Positions 61,658-64,000 of a stretch of DNA of 64,000 nt are shown here, one piece after another. The notes below the pieces were generated by a model, which did no database searches, had not been told where the DNA came from, and saw nothing but the letters and a program-made list of their open reading frames with translations. Origin of the DNA: a virus (taxonomy: Duplodnaviria > Caudoviricetes); the IMG/VR virus record IMGVR_UViG_2974632701_000001, positions 1 to 64,000 of that record; one strand, given 5' to 3'. A program made the position numbers and the translations under genes. The number at the start of each line of letters is the position of its first letter. The stretch's first letter is position 1.

Positions 61658-64000
61658 TTACTGAGTGCTCAATGGACCAATTGGAAGTCTTTGTCCAGAG
61701 AGTTGTGGCGGAACCATTGCAGGATCAGAGAAACCAGATCCCAAAGCAGGAGCACCTTGAGGACCAGTTCCCGGAGCAGCACCCCGTGCAATTGGCTTCG
61801 GCATATTTACCGGAGCCATGGTCTGACGGTTATTCTCCATGTCTGTCAGCTTGTTATAGCCAACAGCCGCCTCAATGTTTTGAGGAGGAGTTTCACCAGC
61901 CAGCAGAGCCTTGGTAACTTCCAGACTACGGTTGCCAGCAGCTTGAGCACCCATCTTTTCAACTTCCCGTTCATGCTTCATGCCAGACAGCAACTCATCA
62001 GTTTCTTCCAGCAGTTTAGCCGCACGAGCACGAGCTTCTTCAGCACGAGCTTGATTGAGTTCAATCTCGGTTTGAGCTTTCTGAAGTTCAGCTTCTTTGA
62101 GAGCAACTTCCAGAGGATCAGGCTGAGGCTGATACGAACGAATCTGTTCTGCAAGATCAGGCATACGCTTGAGATCAGCAATCTTACCCAGCACAATCTT
62201 CCGAAGGTTGGGATCCATATCCGGACCAACAGTCTGAAGAACCATACCAAGATCATTGGCTTTCTGTTCATCAACTGAAGCAGTCGAGATATCAACCTTC
62301 AGATCAAAGTTCCCTTCCAGTTCTGCACGAGAAACTTCTACGAACTCACGGTTGGTAACTCGAATGATTTCCTTTTCACTCAAGAACTTACCGTTCATTG
62401 AGATCATCTTCATACCAATGTCTTGAATACCTTTCGCCAGACGACGAAGGATACTCATTTCACGTTGAGATGCAGAATCCAGAGCACCACGAATACCTGT
62501 AGCCACACGTCCATAAGCATCTCCAGAGATACCTCCAGAAAATGACTTCACACCAGTCAGTGCTTCAGCTTCAGCATTCTGCCATTGAATCGTTTCATGA
62601 GCAGAACGAGGAATCTCAGGATATTCCATCTGACGAATGTTGGCTTTTGGATCACCATTCGGATTGAACTCAAAGTCTTCACCTTGAGTGAATCGACGCT
62701 TGTTCACAGGATCAAGGAATCCTTTGGCATAACCAGTCTGTGCGTTGGCAGAACGACCCATGAGATCAATCACACCACGAGTCACAGCACCAATGATACG
62801 CTGGTTATCCTGAAGCAGCGAAGCATCAGCTTCACCAAAGACTGACTTCAGAATTGGCATATACGGAACGATGACAAACGGAGGACGCTTGTCCGGGAAA
62901 GGGTTTTCACGCATCTCGATGATGGTTTCACCTACCCAAGTAACGACAATAGGAACCATGACACCATTGGCATAGATGTCATAGAGACCCCAGTATTCAT
63001 AAACCAGAACCTTTTGCTTATCCGCTGAACCAGTACCAGAAGTACGCATGTCGTTGTTTGGCGTATTGCTTTCATGGTCTGGATTTCCATGGTTTGATTG
63101 GATCTTTGCAGACTCCCAATTCACCTTGTCCAGATTCTGGTAATAGTTCTTCTTCGCCTTCAATTCAGAAGGCGTGGCTTCATAGGTGTAGATCATGTAT
63201 TGGGCTTTTTCCCATTCACCTTCACATGAAGGATCCACGAATAGGTTAGCCACATTGATGATACGAACAGATGGGCAATTCTTGACCATACGTTCTTCAA
63301 TGGTTTCAATGATCCCATCTGGTTCAGCTTTCACAAGCTGTTGCATTTCCACTGACATCTCAGCAGAGGCTTTCAGACTTTCAGGCAGTGATTCCCAATC
63401 AGCAACTTCAGCCTGCATCATCTGAATAGCAGACTCGATCATCTTTGCTTCTTGTTCATCCTGAACTGCAAAGTAGCTGAAGTTGGTCGTTTCAACCTTC
63501 TCAGTACGGAACTCTTGTTCCCATCCAACACGAACCACAACAGAACCTTCATCAACGGCTGTACGTACATACCGATCAATGAAGTCCACTTTGTTGATCT
63601 TCGTATCCCACTGCCAGTTGAGAACAACTTGGTTCTGTTCAGCCTTCGGACCATCTTCATGGGTCCGAGGCAGCACTTGGAACATACGATCCGTATTCAA
63701 AAAAGGCTCAGTCAGAGCAGGATAACGCCATTCGTTATGCTTACGAATGAGCTTAGGCTGTACAGCAGATCGTCCTGCTTTGGCTTTCTTGGGAGCTTCT
63801 GCCCCCGTAGCATTACGCAGATCAAGCCATCCACTGACGTTTGCTTTCTGGTCATCAGTTTCCTGACGAGCAAACTCAAGGTCTTGACGAAGATCTTCCA
63901 GAGTCGGTTCTTTTTCCCATTCAGTCAGCTTGTTACCAGTGACTTCTTCTTTTTGAGTTTCCTCAAATACTTCATCAAGGTTGTCTGGATCGACACCCTT
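61658..64000 (-). CDS. Portal protein (N4 gp59-like), 5' end beyond the window
   Basis: Frame is open to base 64000; QPKLIRKHNEWRYPALTEPF, NLFVDPSC, NPFPDKRPPFV. Confidence 0.93.
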   Translation of the reverse strand, partial: KGVDPDNLDEVFEETQKEEVTGNKLTEWEKEPTLEDLRQDLEFARQETDDQKANVSGWLDLRNATGAEAPKKAKAGRSAVQPKLIRKHNEWRYPALTEPFLNTDRMFQVLPRTHEDGPKAEQNQVVLNWQWDTKINKVDFIDRYVRTAVDEGSVVVRVGWEQEFRTEKVETTNFSYFAVQDEQEAKMIESAIQMMQAEVADWESLPESLKASAEMSVEMQQLVKAEPDGIIETIEERMVKNCPSVRIINVANLFVDPSCEGEWEKAQYMIYTYEATPSELKAKKNYYQNLDKVNWESAKIQSNHGNPDHESNTPNNDMRTSGTGSADKQKVLVYEYWGLYDIYANGVMVPIVVTWVGETIIEMRENPFPDKRPPFVIVPYMPILKSVFGEADASLLQDNQRIIGAVTRGVIDLMGRSANAQTGYAKGFLDPVNKRRFTQGEDFEFNPNGDPKANIRQMEYPEIPRSAHETIQWQNAEAEALTGVKSFSGGISGDAYGRVATGIRGALDSASQREMSILRRLAKGIQDIGMKMISMNGKFLSEKEIIRVTNREFVEVSRAELEGNFDLKVDISTASVDEQKANDLGMVLQTVGPDMDPNLRKIVLGKIADLKRMPDLAEQIRSYQPQPDPLEVALKEAELQKAQTEIELNQARAEEARARAAKLLEETDELLSGMKHEREVEKMGAQAAGNRSLEVTKALLAGETPPQNIEAAVGYNKLTDMENNRQTMAPVNMPKPIARGAAPGTGPQGAPALGSGFSDPAMVPPQLSGQRLPIGPLSTQ

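Noticed and set aside
63698-63700. TTG start of the portal gene as given in the ORF track
   Set aside because: The frame stays open upstream to the window edge and encodes conserved portal motifs (QPKLIRKHNEWRY), so the real start lies beyond base 64000.

Overview
About 64 kb of an N4-like (Schitoviridae) podophage genome. It starts at the first early gene (N4 gp1-like) and ends inside the portal gene. Gene content (class II RNR, thioredoxin, ThyX, dCMP deaminase, bL12-like gene) resembles N4-like roseophages of Rhodobacteraceae, but the host is an inference. The + strand (1-39.5 kb) carries early genes with two vRNAP-type hairpin promoters, split RNAP II, a MoxR/vWA pair, nucleotide metabolism, an embedded virion fibre/decoration module, rIIA/rIIB, an accessory block and the replication module. 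The - strand (39.9-64 kb) carries the giant virion RNA polymerase and structural genes. Main points for follow-up: (1) the 3632-aa virion RNAP contains an ADP-ribosyltransferase-like domain and an extra HExxH protease between acidic linkers, while the genome separately encodes an adjacent macrodomain-like + SLOG pair, a possible injected ADP-ribose writer with a later eraser; (2) an Acb2/Tad1-like sponge candidate next to a metallophosphoesterase; (3) several unexplained structured RNA candidates and tRNA-like relics; (4) hairpins that bury the translation starts of vRNAP and the phosphoesterase; (5) three linked indel scars (16138, about 20293, 21579-21627) that break a fibre gene and rIIA and may reflect a polymorphic 5.5-kb deletion or assembly joins. 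All family assignments come from motif recognition by eye; no database searches or folding programs were run.
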